DNA of 52,403 nt, counting the filler, from Basidioascus undulatus (taxonomy: Eukaryota), in the NCBI GenBank assembly GCA_000826855.1. It is 3 parts of 3 records of this genome, joined end to end, with 100 filler letters (N's around TTAATTAATTAA, not from the genome) between each part and the next. Parts side by side here need not be neighbours in the genome. Positions count along the whole stretch, not along the records: positions 17,523 to 34,936 come from JTLS01000533.1; positions 35,037 to 52,403 come from JTLS01000534.1; 1 more part is not named here. One strand, 5' to 3'. The translations under genes and the position numbers were made by a program. Positions 23,770 through 36,041 of this stretch are shown here, piece by piece (the stretch's first letter is position 1; each line of letters opens with the position of its first letter). A model generated the notes under the pieces. That model was not told the DNA's origin and ran no database searches. It saw only the letters and a program-made list of their open reading frames with translations.

Positions 23770-26596
23770 GCGTTGTCCCCGCCGGAGTTTGCTGTGCGTG
23801 AGGAGGGTGCGGCGTTTGTGTTGTAGGGCTGGCTTCTTAGTGGTGGACTCTCATATCTTTTTTTCCTCCGCATCTGTGCATGTTTTGTGTAACGTTACGA
23901 GGCGCAGCATTTTACGCGTCCGCATTTGAACATCAGCTGGCTGCGTCGAACTGCTACTGCTAGGTTAGCATTGTGTCGCAAAGATCTTGGAACGTCCGTG
24001 CACACGTAGCTCGCGTGCCTGTCGCCTGCCATGAATGCTCGCGTGACGTGCTCGCAGACATCGTTGTTGCTCGAAAGGCACGCAGCTACCGCGCTGGTGT
24101 CTTTGACTTGATGACCATTGCATCGGGCTGCGAATGTTGGGACGAAAGCACAAGCTGGGATAAAGCGGCAAGAGACGGGGGGTCGCTTGTCATGATGAGG
24201 GAAAACGCGGCGGAGACACGCAGTGTGATGCCGTTGAAGGCTGACCTGCCTACAACCTTTTTTCTTATAATTATCGTTGAGGCCCTTCAAGTAGGGCTCA
24301 ATCACCTTGAATCGAATTGGTATCAAACCCTCGGATGGATTTTCACACACCCCCGCCTCCTCTTCCAGAGCGGCATCGGCCCGCGCGAGCAGGTCATGAA
24401 CGTAAAGAACAGCTCCATGGCGGCGTGGTTGCCGGATGAGAGCGAGTGGATCGAGCTGCCTGTTGGGTGAGTGGCCGTGCCGGAACGTATCGTAAAACTT
24501 AGCTCTTGGTTCAGCTGAACAGTGCCTCTCTACGGTGAGCACTTTATCGACCACCCCTCAGCTTCAACCTCGGCTACTCGAACGTGGTAAAATTCCTCAC
24601 AAACCCTCCTTCTCTCTCAGCTCTTTTTGGAACTGACCCTCTGCGAACTCACAACAGTCCTTCTTCGACGCCACCGCGGCATACGACGGTTTATCGAATC
24701 AGTGGCTTCCTTCATGAGTGTAGTTCCAGAATTACCATCCCTATTCTTTATCCATTACATACCCTCACGCGCGTGTTTGATTTTTGACAGCGTGAAGCAG
24801 AGCCCACTGAGCCTGAGCAACGGAAATGCGGAAAGCCAACCCGCACCGCTTCGCTGCGTGCGCCCATCATCTCTCACCTCATATTACTTACCATCCGTCT
24901 TGCCGCAGTGGCAACACCGCACGGACCCTCCCGCTTCGCGTTTTTGAGAGACTCTCCATCATACTCCCACATACAATCCTCCTCCTCCGCGCCATCTCCG
25001 TCTCGCCACTGTATAGCGAAGAGTGGCCCTTTTTGCGGATCGTTTCGTTCAATCCAAAGTAGTCCGGTAAACAATTTCAATCTTGTCCATTACAGTCCCA
25101 GAGAGTCCATGAATGATGTTAGTCAGTTCACGAATGGTTCGGATAATTCTTGGATAGCTTTGGTCTGGCGGGTGTCTCGACACTATCCGGACCGTGTCTG
25201 GCTGGCGTCCGTCGGATAGAGCCCTGTTCGCCGAACTGCTCAGAAACACAAGAGACAGTCTATGGATTAGTAAAGGCAGTTCATAGATTGATCCGGATTA
25301 TCAAGGACTGTCTGCAAAAAAAGGCCCTTTCTTCGCTATCTTCCAGGGCTAACAGTCAGACCAAGGGCGTGCTTTCTCCCGCCCACACCCCGCACCCCGC
25401 TCCTGTGCTTCAGCGGCGGCGGACGGTGTTGAGGATGGGGCCGCAGGGGGACACCGCTGAGTTCATTGGTTCGGAAATCCAGCGGCGGCGAACGCATTCG
25501 ATGATCAGCCATGCTGGAGCGCTGGCTCTCGGCTGTATGTGCGACCAGTTCGCCGGCGGCAGTCTAATTTCATGGAGGCTCGCGACAGGGGGACGTCGAA
25601 CTGAGGTTGAATGCGCGACGGTCTAGAAGGACGAGAGTGTATGGAGGGTACCGGACCGAGAATTCTTGTCGTACCAAGCTCCGTCTCGCCACACCGTCCC
25701 GTGTCACCGCACCTGCCACCGTTCCACCCCATTTACCACCTTTACGCCATGCCGTCCTACCGTTACACAGAATCCAGCAAGGAGTGGATGTTGCTGGCAG
25801 GGATGCGTAGTTCACCCTGATCAACTGATCTTGTCAAAGCAGCGATAGGCTCGCTCCGTCACCACCGCACCAACTCGCTCGATCAGACCCAGTCTCCCTG
25901 CCATCTTACTGGATTTCTCAATCTTGCTGGATTTCTCATCGTACTGATACTGTCGCTGTGCTTGTTCATTCGATGAGACTGTGCTGCTCCCCAGTTATCT
26001 CGATCAATACACTCATCAGCCGTACAAGGCTTGTTTACAGTACTAGTATGGGCGCGCTGCGCTGGCCCCTTGGTCGCCTTTGTCGATGGAGGGCGGCCAG
26101 CTACCGGCGCCCTTGCGCCCATCCACAGCGGTGGCTTACCACTCAGGCAGATCAACCGGCTTGAGCGCCAACTGCGCGGAGACACGTGGAGTCTGGCACT
26201 GACAATCCTGCGCTATTACTACAAAACCTGGTGTTCGAAGACTGGACAAGCTGTGCTCACCAAGAAAGTCTTCTGGGGTGCAGATCAGAGAGATTGCGAG
26301 AATAAAGCTGGAGAAGGGAGGCTGTGAGGTTGAGGCGTGAGTGCGACGTTTTGCTGTCGCCTCTGACGTGACATCGGTCATCTGTCGGCTTGCTCAGCAA
26401 GTCGCATCCTCCCAAAAGTTTGGTGAGCGCCTTCGCGACTGCCGCTGCCGGGGTTGGCTTCGCACCGCTCGCTGCCCTCGGTGGCTCGGCTTGATTGTTC
26501 ACTTCAACATCTGTTTTATTCTCTAGACTCACCGCTGTAGCTCTATTCTCGACTCCGACAACAGACAGTTCCCTTCCCCCTCCTTCTCTCCCCAAA

Positions 26597-27820
26597 ATGC
26601 CGACGTCCCTCGCCGCGCAGCTCCCGGCGCTGCAGTCGCTCGACGCCGCCCGGCTCGCGTCGCACACGCAATCGACGGCGTCGTTCCTGTTCACGCCCGC
26701 ACAGGCGCAGTCGCACGACCTCGACACTGTGCACACCCTCGGTCTGAGTGGGCTGGATGAGCTCAAGGAGCTCGACCCGGCGCTCACCGCGTTCGAGGAC
26801 GCGCTCTTTAACGATGCGGCTAAGAAGACCGACCGGACGATGTTGAACAAGGCGGAGAACGAGAGCTTGGATGCTACGGTTGATGGGCTGCTCAAGAGGC
26901 TGGGGCCGCACTTGCCTGTGCGGGCGGCGGCGAAGGTGCTCGAGTGGTTGATTCGCAGGTTCAGGTGCGTCCACCCACCGTCTACCTTTTCTTATCCCTT
27001 GAGCCGTTTAGACTGATTAAGGAGGACAATATAGAATCCACGAATTCAACATCCCCGCCCTCATCCTCGCCTTCCTGCCGTACCACGACTCGACGCCCTT
27101 CGCGCGCATCCTCTCCCTCCTGCCTCTCTCGTCCCCCTCCGCCCCCGCCCTCTACCGCTTCCTCCTCCCCTCCCAGCGGTCCTCCCAGGCCCTCCCACGC
27201 GCCGTCCTCGTAAACGCCATGCTCAAGGACGCCGACGTCCTCCGCCTCGTCGCAGAGGCCGTCCCCGAGTCCACCGATGCCCCGCACCGCGCGCTCGCCT
27301 CGTTCTGGAGCGTTACGCTGCTCGAGTACCTTGCGCGCGTGAGGGAGGTCGAGGATGGCCCGAGGACAAGCATCGTGATGGCTGTGAAGAAGGGGCTCAC
27401 GGCGGACGGGTGGCCGGACGCGCAGGTGCGTGCTTTCTTTCGTCTCGTCTGCTTGGACCCCGTGCTCATGAAAATGTTCTGGTAGGCCGGCGCTCGAATG
27501 GTCTTCGCCGCCCTCTCCCAAAAGGTGCAGCTCCCCGACAAGGCCGTCGCCGCGCTCCTCCACCCGCTCGCCCGGCACCGAGGCGACGCCGAAGCCGCGC
27601 ACGTCCTCGCCACCGTCTTTGCCGTCGTTGAAGCGCAGGAGGAGCTGGAGACCATGCCGGACGCTGTAGTCGACGCGGTCCTCTCTATCCCGTGTGTCCC
27701 TCCTCCGTCTCCTCATTCCCCTTACTCTCACGCTTACCCTCCTCCACCAGCGACGCCCCCACCCACCTCCTCTCCTCCTTCCAGCGCTACGCCCTCCCGC
27801 GCACTTTCCCCCTCCTCCTC
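26597..27820 (+). CDS. UTP10: UTP10/HEATR1 N-terminal part only (about 330 aa), truncated
   Basis: MPTSLAAQL, SFLFTP...DLDT, DRTML...EN, KVLEWLIRRFR|IHEFN...LPYH. The expected long HEAT-repeat remainder is absent. Confidence 0.88.
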
Positions 27821-28317
27821 CCGCCCCTCCTCCTTCCTAAGCAACTCCAGCTCCCCCACCCGCGCCCGCGCCTTGCTCACGATCCGCCTGCCCACCGCCC
27901 ACCCGTACGCGCCCAGCGCCGCGCCCGCCCCGCTCGCGGCGAAGAGCAGGTTCCGCGCGCGCGGGTGCTTGTACGCTGCGGAGACGAGGTACGAGAGCGT
28001 GGAGGTGAGCAGCAAAGGAAGGCGCAAAGCTTGGAGGTGCGTGTGATGCGTCAGGAGGAGGCGCAGGCGCGCGAGCGTCGAGAGCCGCTGGGAGGGTGGC
28101 GCGCCGCGCTGTAGGTTCCGAACTCACCATTTGCGCTTCCTTCGAGGAGGAAGAAGAACAAACGTACCGTGGATAACTCGTCCAACGCAGGAATGAACAC
28201 TCCGAGTTGGGCGAGGTGGACGCCGGCGAGCAGGCCTGCAGACAGAGGGCCTAGCAGCCGGAAGAGCCGCTCCAGGTCCGCGGTGGGATGGAGATGCACG
28301 TGCGTGTTGATGGGCAT
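27815..28317 (-). CDS. Small membrane protein, DUF1772-like, apparently 3' truncated
   Basis: Hydrophobic segments LLGPLSAGLLAGVHLAQLGVFIPAL, PLLLTSTLSYLVSAA and LLFAASGAGAALGAYGWAVG. The family call is tentative. Confidence 0.45.
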
Positions 28318-31259
28318 TGTTTTCAGTCCAAAAGTGAAACAGAGAGCCGGTGAGGAGAGATGAAAGGCAGTGGGAGCGGAATCTCGGGAATATTGAGTTC
28401 GTGAACTCGTGACGCAGTCCAGCTTGACGTTCCGAGAGTGCAAGAACATCGATTTGCCTTCCATAAGGTGGACTGCAGAACAGAGATAGGTGTATCTGCT
28501 GGCGGTAAAACGGCAAAGGACGAGCTAGAAAGACACTACTGGTAAGCGGCCTGATGCACCGCGGCTGCAGTGCCGTAGGTCTGGCAGCGCTCACAGTGGT
28601 GCTAGCCGTCTGAATAATCCAGTAGAATCGGTTTATATGGCATTGTCTGGAAGTGTGGAGCACTTCAGAGAGGAGGGATTGCAAAATCTTATAGTCGCGT
28701 TGTCCGTCGCTGCGGCGGCAGCCCCTAAGGTCGCTCACTTCTTTTCTCTTTGCTCCCAAACCTCCTGCACCCTTCCATACCTCTCTGTACGGACAGAACT
28801 GACCCGAACTGACAAATTTTTTTCAAGGAAGGTTTGACTGCTATCGTGATGGCTTGCTGTTGCAGTTCGGTAAGACTTCAAGGCGGTTTCTATTCTTCGC
28901 CTCCCGCTTCACCTGCGGGGTCTCTCGAGGAGAAGGCCCCGCTATGCCCCTCGGATATGCGTCTTCTTCCTATGCCCTAAAGCAACTCGAATCACCATCC
29001 CATATTCTTCATTTCCATCCTCATCCTGATCACCTCACCACCGTCGTCTGGTCGACGCCATCACGGAATCCGGGCCGTTCCTTTCCAGTTTCGACCGACC
29101 GAAGACCACTTCCGCGCTGAAGACTCTCAACGCTCCGCATGTCGCGAACACCCTCGCCCTCTTTCGGGGCGCCCCACAAGTCCTGCCTCCCCTACTCGGA
29201 CGATTCCCCTCGACATTCGACTTCCTCTGCATTCCACGATGACGACCCCTTCCGATCGAGGTCCAACTAGCCTGCTGACGAGGTAGCCGGGGCTTCAGTG
29301 CCCCAGCTACACTCGTACGAGCAGGAAGACTACTTTGATACATCACATCTATCCCCAGTGCGTATCTATGTTCGCCTTCCAACCAAAAGGGGCTCTCAAC
29401 CCGCCTCTCCCGCAGCCGCACCGTTTCTCCTCACACTCCCTAGCATCTACTATCTCCGCCGCGTCCGGCTCGCCCGGCGGCGGGTTCACGAACCCCTACG
29501 GGCGCACACCCGCTGCAGGATCCCTCCCCCTTTGCTCTCCCCACGCTGTCTTCGAAAGAGGCTGTTTCAGCCGGGAAGGCGGAGCAGAGCGCGTGGCTCG
29601 CGAAGCAGCAGCGCGGGCAGCGCTGGAGCTCAAACTGGGTCGCACTGGGGTCGGTCGTGCTGATCGCTGCTGTTGTTGGTAAGCATGAGGAGTTCCAACT
29701 ATTTGAGATGTCACTATGGAGAAAAACATTTAAAGTTAATGAGAAATTTGGTGAGGGGCGGAACGCTGGTCATAACAACGGTACAATGTCGACCGACCTG
29801 TCGAGCTCGAATAGTAGAACGAGGGGGGCTGGGTGCTGTAAATGTAAGCTTGACTATCCTGTTTCCCCTCACTCTCCGCTCTCCGCAGTCCAGATGGCGC
29901 TCTGACGCTGCGTGTGTTCTCGGCGCAGAGCACCGATCCTTCCAAATTCGACAACAATACGGCTCAACACTTTCTAGTGCGTTTGTGCTCTCGTCGCCTG
30001 TGGTTAATGCACTGATAGTTTCAATGACGCACACAGCGGCATCGCCTACACGCCGTATGGCGCTCTCCTGCCTTGGTGCGGGGCGACGCAGGGCAACGTC
30101 ACGGAGGATATAAAATCATGTGCGTAATCTTGTTAAATATGTCTTATAATATTTAGAGATTCTGGTGGGTCTATACTGCAGACGGGTGCCCTCTTGCAGA
30201 TCTCAGTTGACGACACGCATCCGGCTGTACGCTGGCGACTGGTGCGTAGCTTCCAATGTGACAGCTGTGCCGCATCCCCTTTAGCTGATAATTACTCAAC
30301 GGTGCAGCAACTACACTGCGCTGGTTATTCAGGCTATCCAAGAACACCAAGGTCGACTTGCAGGTCTGGCTCGGTATCTGTGCGTTCTTAGAGACCCATT
30401 TGTCGCTGTTGGTAGCTAACCAGTAACGGCTGTAGACATCAACGACAATGACACTGTGAGAAAGTAATAACGCAATCTCTTTCTGGACAAAACCTGACCG
30501 AAGAATGCGTCCAGGTCTACGAGCGTCAAGTAGATGCGATTTCAGACGCTTTGAAGACCTATGGCGCCGACCACGTGGCATCACTGTCCGTCTGATATTC
30601 CCTTCCTCTTCCTATCGTACTACAAGCTCTGAGTCAGACATAAATTCAGGTTGGAAACGAGTACATCCTGGACGTACGCCCGCTGTCCTTTTTGTGTCCC
30701 TGCTAGTATATGGTCGTCTCAGGCGGTCCCCCAAAAACTATTATGGTCGGTGGAGTCATCGGGAAGTTCGTCTTGTCTTCAGTGCTCCATTGGGGTACAT
30801 ATTCGCTCTGTGCGGCGAATCGCTGAGTCTCGCTGCCAGCGCAAGATGACGGCATGTGCCGTATACTTGAGCAAAATTTAAGTTACCAAAAACATATACT
30901 TCTTAAAATAACTATTAAAAAGCTGAGTGGAGGTCTCAAGTTTCCTTCAGAACAAGTGCTTCAGCCAACGGAGGAGCGTACGTTGTCGTTGTGGCTGACG
31001 CAAGACCTTCGCAAACGCGGCCCGAGACGGTTTTCTACAGGTATACCTTATGTGTTCTGCTCTGAAAGAGGCCCAATAAATGTTACAGTCCAACCGAGCG
31101 CAGCCGCAGTGCCGTTCACGCAGCGTAACGGTGCAAGCCAGTGCATGAGTCGCGCAAGAACAGAGCGTATCGCAGAAGGAGACGCGCATATGAGGAGTGG
31201 GGAGTGGTGTGTGAAAAGAATGAAAGAAGGAAGCGTATCGCAAGGGAAGAGGGGTATAT

Positions 31260-32090
31260 GAGGGAGTGAGGACTGGTGTGCGACAAGAATGAGAGGAAAG
31301 AACCGTTGAAACATCAACCGCAACAAGAGGTGTTCGTGAAGTACGGCCCCTACGCGTCCGCCGCCCGCCCAGATGCCCCCACGACGTCGCCGGCCTGGTT
31401 GGCGACCGGACGGAGCTCGGTAGCGTCTTCCCCGACTGAGTCCCTCTCAATACCTCCCTCCTCCACATCGGGCAGCCGGCGCGAGGGAGGCCGCGCGGCG
31501 GAGGATGACAATCCCCCGCCCTGGCGGGCATCGAACGGGCTTCGGAACAGATGAAAAGGCTGGAAGCCATGGCCTTCTGAGAGGGCTCATCGGTGTGGTC
31601 GGGGGACGAGGGTGGGCGGGATGAGGAGGATGTTATGGGGAGTACGGGGGAAGAAGGACGGCGCTGAGCGGCGTTACCCGATGAAGCGGCGGGAGAGTGC
31701 AACGAGCTGGCCTCTGGGTAACGCGCTATAACAAGAAGAGGTCAGCTTTGTGTCCAAGCCGAAGGGGCTTCACAGCGGCTCACCATTAATGGCAGAGCGT
31801 GCCTTTGACAGCGCCTCGCGTGCCTCCTCAGCCGCCGAATCCGCACTCTTCAGCAACTGCGATTCTTGGGTAGCGATATCCGGCAGATCTTCGCGCTTCC
31901 CAAGGATAGCGGCGTAGAGACCAAACACCTCGACGCGCTCCTCGTAGTACTCGAGTTTGCGGTAGCCGTTCGACTGTATGCGAACAGGGACAGCGGAGTC
32001 GGGAACATACTCAGAGTACGGATGCAGAAGGCGAGCATTGATGACGTAAAGGTCAAACTTCTCCGTGTCCAAAGGGACTTACGACATGGG
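31260..32090 (-). pseudogene. Hypothetical gene remnant
   Basis: Protein-like 100-aa frame (31770-32072) preceded by ATG-TCG-TAA, followed by an intron-like break and a Ser/Pro-rich frame. Confidence 0.3.
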
Positions 32091-32596
32091 ACTAACCCCC
32101 TTTTCTCCCAGGTAAGATAGATACTCATCGCACACGCAGTGCAGAGCCCGTGGGACTTGAAAGTCGTTGCTTGCCCTCAGACAAAGCTCCTTGTCAATAG
32201 GTCGCTTTGGTCTCCTTCGAGTTTCACGGGGTGACATTAATTTGGGACCCAAACCTTCGATTCAGCTCCAAATCACTCTTTTAGAGAACTTCCGTGCTGC
32301 AGTGGACCGTCTCGGAGACGCCCAGAAGCGTGCCCAAGTACATCCCCTCAGGACTGATACATTCTCCTAAAGCCTTCTCAGCGGTCTTAAATCCACCATA
32401 AAGACTTGTATGGCTCTTTCTTTTTGCTGTGACTGCAAGGCGTCAGTTGCATGGCGACGCTGCTGGCCTTTCGGTGTTCAATTTCTGAACGCCGATGAGC
32501 TGATTCAGCAAGTCTCTCGTTCAGGAATTTGGCGAAGTTGCTTCCCCTTCCGCGGCTGCGCGTATCGCTCGTCCTTCAACACACTCATTAGCCACC

Positions 32597-34936
32597 ATGG
32601 CACCTTCATCTAAAGCTCACGCCAACGGCAAGATCAAGGCGGGAAAGCCGAAACCCGGCGCTGGCCGCAAGCCCGCTCCCTCACCCGCGAAGGGCAAGGG
32701 CAAGCCCCAGTCCAAACCTGCCGCCGCCGCCGCCTCCGTCGCGCCGAAGTCCAAGGCCCCGAAGGCCAATGGCAACGGCGATGAGGACGAGCTCCACCGC
32801 GAGGTGCTCGCGCTTGGGGGGGACGAGGAGGACTGGCGGATGATTCAGGGGGTCGGGAGCGACGACGAGTTGGACGCCACGGATGCGGCTGTCGATGTGC
32901 GTCTTCTCTTTCTCGGTCTTGCTGTGAAGGGTGGGGAGCTGATCATTCTGGGGATATGTCTGCAGCCGAAGCTGGCAAAGGAGCTCGCTAAGTTCGTCAA
33001 GGGCCTGAAGTTCGAGGACGTCCGGCCAAGTGCTGCGCCCGAGCCGGAGGCAGCAGAGGAGAGCGGCGAGGAGGAGGAGGAAGGTGATGAGGATGAGGAG
33101 GAGGAGGAGAAGCCTGCCGTGAAGGCGGCTCCGGCTGTGCAGGAGCCGCAAGATCCCGTACGCTCACCCTCCCCCATCCGTGCCCCGCCTCTCGAACTCA
33201 TCTGTTCCATCTCTCGTCCCCAGAAAAAGCTCGTCCCCATGCCGCAATGGTACCTCCAGCCCCTTCCCACTCTTCGCCCTCTCGCCTCCGCCCCCCCTGC
33301 CCCCTCAGCGGACTACATCTCGACCCTCCTCAAGCGCGGCACCGACGTGCTCCGCGCGCTCCCGCCCCCTCCCTCGCAAGCCTCCGACTCCAACTTCCTC
33401 AGGCAGATCCTCACGTCCGGCACGCTCTCGGACCGCGTCTCGGCGCTCGCGCTGCTCGTGTCCGAGTCGCCGCTGCACGCCGTCGACTCGCTCGAGACGC
33501 TCAAGGGCATGGCGAAGAAGGCCAAGCGCGAGGAGGCCGTGCGCTCCGTGCGCGTCCTCGTCGACTGGTTCGCTGGGCCAGGCGGCCTGCCCAGCGACCG
33601 CAAGCTCAAGTACTTTGGCGACCAGAAGGACCTTGCCCACCCCGACGTCGGCGACAAGCACCTCGTCCTGTGGGCGTTCGAGGACTACCTCAAGAAGTAC
33701 TTCTTTGAGCTCCTGCAGCTGCTCGAGGTGCGCCCGTTCCAGACCAGTTCTTGTCTACGGCTTCCGCTCATTCCGCTCGCGCTGCAGTCGTTCTCGCACG
33801 ACACCCTCCCCTTCATCCGCGGCCAAGCAGTGGGCTTCATCCACCAGCTCCTGAAGGAGAAGCCCGAGCAAGAGCAGAACCTTCTCCGTCTCCTCGTCAA
33901 TAAGCTCGTGCGCCTGTTCCCACCCCCCTCCCCCGCCCAGGCAATCCTCGCCGCGTGCTTACAGGCATTCTAACCCATCAGGGCGACACCTCCAAGCCGA
34001 TCGCGTCCAAGACCTCGCACCACCTCCTCCTCCTCCTGACCGCGCACCCGGCCATGAAGTCCATCATCGTACGCGAGGTCGCGTCGCTCGCGTTCCGGCC
34101 GGGCACGGCGCCCTCGGCGCAATACTACGCCGTGATCACCCTGAACCAGACGATGCTCGCACGCGGCGAGGCGGAGGTGGCCGGGCGCCTCGTCGAGCTC
34201 TACTTCCAGCTCTTCGAGGACGTCCTCCGCGTGTCGGGCAAGCGCGAGGGCAAGAAGCCCGATGCCGCGGCCGGGAAGGCGGACGCCAAAGGCAAGGGCA
34301 AGGGGAAGTCGGCCGCCCCGCCGAAGAAGGGCGGAAAGAAGAAGGGCAAGGACGCGGGGGAGGAGGAGCAGGACGAGATCGAGGAGCGCGACGCGAAGAT
34401 GATCGCTGCGATCCTGACGGGCGTCAACCGCGCGATGCCCTTCGCGCAGATCGAGGACGCGGTGTATGTTCCTCCCAAGCGCTTCCATTCTCGGTTTCAG
34501 CGACTGACTTGCCGGACTTTTTACGCAGTTTTGAAAAGCACATGAACACCCTCTTCCGCATCACCCACTCCGGCACCTTCAACACCTCTATCCAAGCGCT
34601 GCAGCTCATCCTACAGGTCACTTCCGCGCGCGAGGTGCGTCGCCGTCCATCCGTCCTCCTCTTCTCCTATCTGACTCTGACTCGACATGCCACACCGGCA
34701 GGCCGTCTCCGACCGCTTCTACCGCACGCTCTACGAGTCGCTGCTCGACCCGCGCCTGGCGTCGTCGTCCAAGCAGGCGATGTACCTCAATCTCCTCTTC
34801 CGCGCGCTCAAGCTCGACCCGTCCCCCCCGCGCGTCGCCGCGTTCGTCAAGCGCCTGCTGCAGGTCCTCGTGCAGCACACGCCGGCATTCATTTGCGGCG
34901 CGCTGTACCTCCTCGGGCAGGTGCGTCCTTCCCCCA
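32597..34936 (+). CDS. MAK21: MAK21/NOC1 (CEBPZ) ribosome biogenesis factor, 3' partial
   Basis: [11 protein letters not shown]...[64 protein letters not shown]...KQAMYLNLL. Confidence 0.95.
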
Positions 34937-35036
34937 NNNNNNNNNNNNNNNNNNNNNNNNNNNNNNNNNNNNNNNNNNNNTTAATTAATTAANNNNNNNN
35001 NNNNNNNNNNNNNNNNNNNNNNNNNNNNNNNNNNNN
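34937..35036. other. Artificial contig spacer
   Basis: 44 N + TTAATTAATTAA + 44 N. Confidence 0.98.
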
Positions 35037-36041
35037 CTGGAAGGGGCTGGGCGGCGTGCCGGGGAGGGGGGACGATGCGGAGCGGAGGGTAGCGGGGGAG
35101 GAGGTCGCGCTCTCGGGGGAGGAGGGCACCGACGCTGGGCGGGCGTACGGGTGCGCGGAGGACCTCGTAGTGCAGCGCGACGCCGACTTCTTGGGGGAGG
35201 AAGAGGCGGACGAGCGCTTCGGGGACTTGACGGGCTTCTTCTTGAGTTCCCCCGGCGGGGGGTACACCCCCGCACGAATGCTTGCGTGCGTGTAGACCCA
35301 CGTGTCTGCGTGCGCTTGGAGGGGGTCGGAAGGGTCGCACGTACAGGAGTGCTCAACTTGGAATGAGTAGTTCTGGGTGAGGGGGCCGGGCTGTCAACCA
35401 GTGTTGGAGGGAGGGGAAGAGGGAGGGGAGAGGGAAGACCTACCCCCGCTGAGCGCTGCCACGCTGACCAGGAAGCGGACGCTTGCGACTTGGCGTCCCG
35501 CGGGAGATGGCGGCGGAGGTAGTCGAGGAACTGAGGGGACGCAGTGGGCGTTTCAGCTGCGTCTTCGGCAGGCTGGCTCGAGCGGCAAGGTGGACATACC
35601 ACAGGCTATTTGAGAGGCAATCCCAGACTCTTTTATCAGTACTAAAGACGATAGTCTGGAGAAAGGGAGGCATCAGACACACCCTGTCGATGATCATGCA
35701 CTCGCCACGCGCACACCACGACATGCCCGACCCGGGCGTCTGCAGCGCGCTGTATGCCATCCGCCCAGCCCAAAGACGACCCCGGTCAGCCAAATGCTTC
35801 TCACTGGCTAAAGCTGGAAATCCAGGAATGAGCGGACGCACGCATACTGGCGCGGTAGCCAAGAGCGGCGGGTGCTACCCTTGCTCTGGATGATGCTCGA
35901 GTCGGAGGCGGTGGCGGTGGCGAACTCGGTGTAGACCTGTGGAGCGATGTATAATGAGAAATAAAACATGGTAAATGGGTATAGAGTGAGACTACGCACG
36001 GGAGGAGAGTCTGAAGGAACACAAGTGCGATAGGGCGGCAT
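35037..36041 (-). CDS. Hypothetical multi-exon protein, 3' partial (Ser/Pro/Lys-rich)
   Basis: ATG near 36041 (MPPYRT), several GT-AG introns and a GC-rich frame PPPGELKKKPVKSPKRSSASSSP running to the contig end. Confidence 0.45.
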
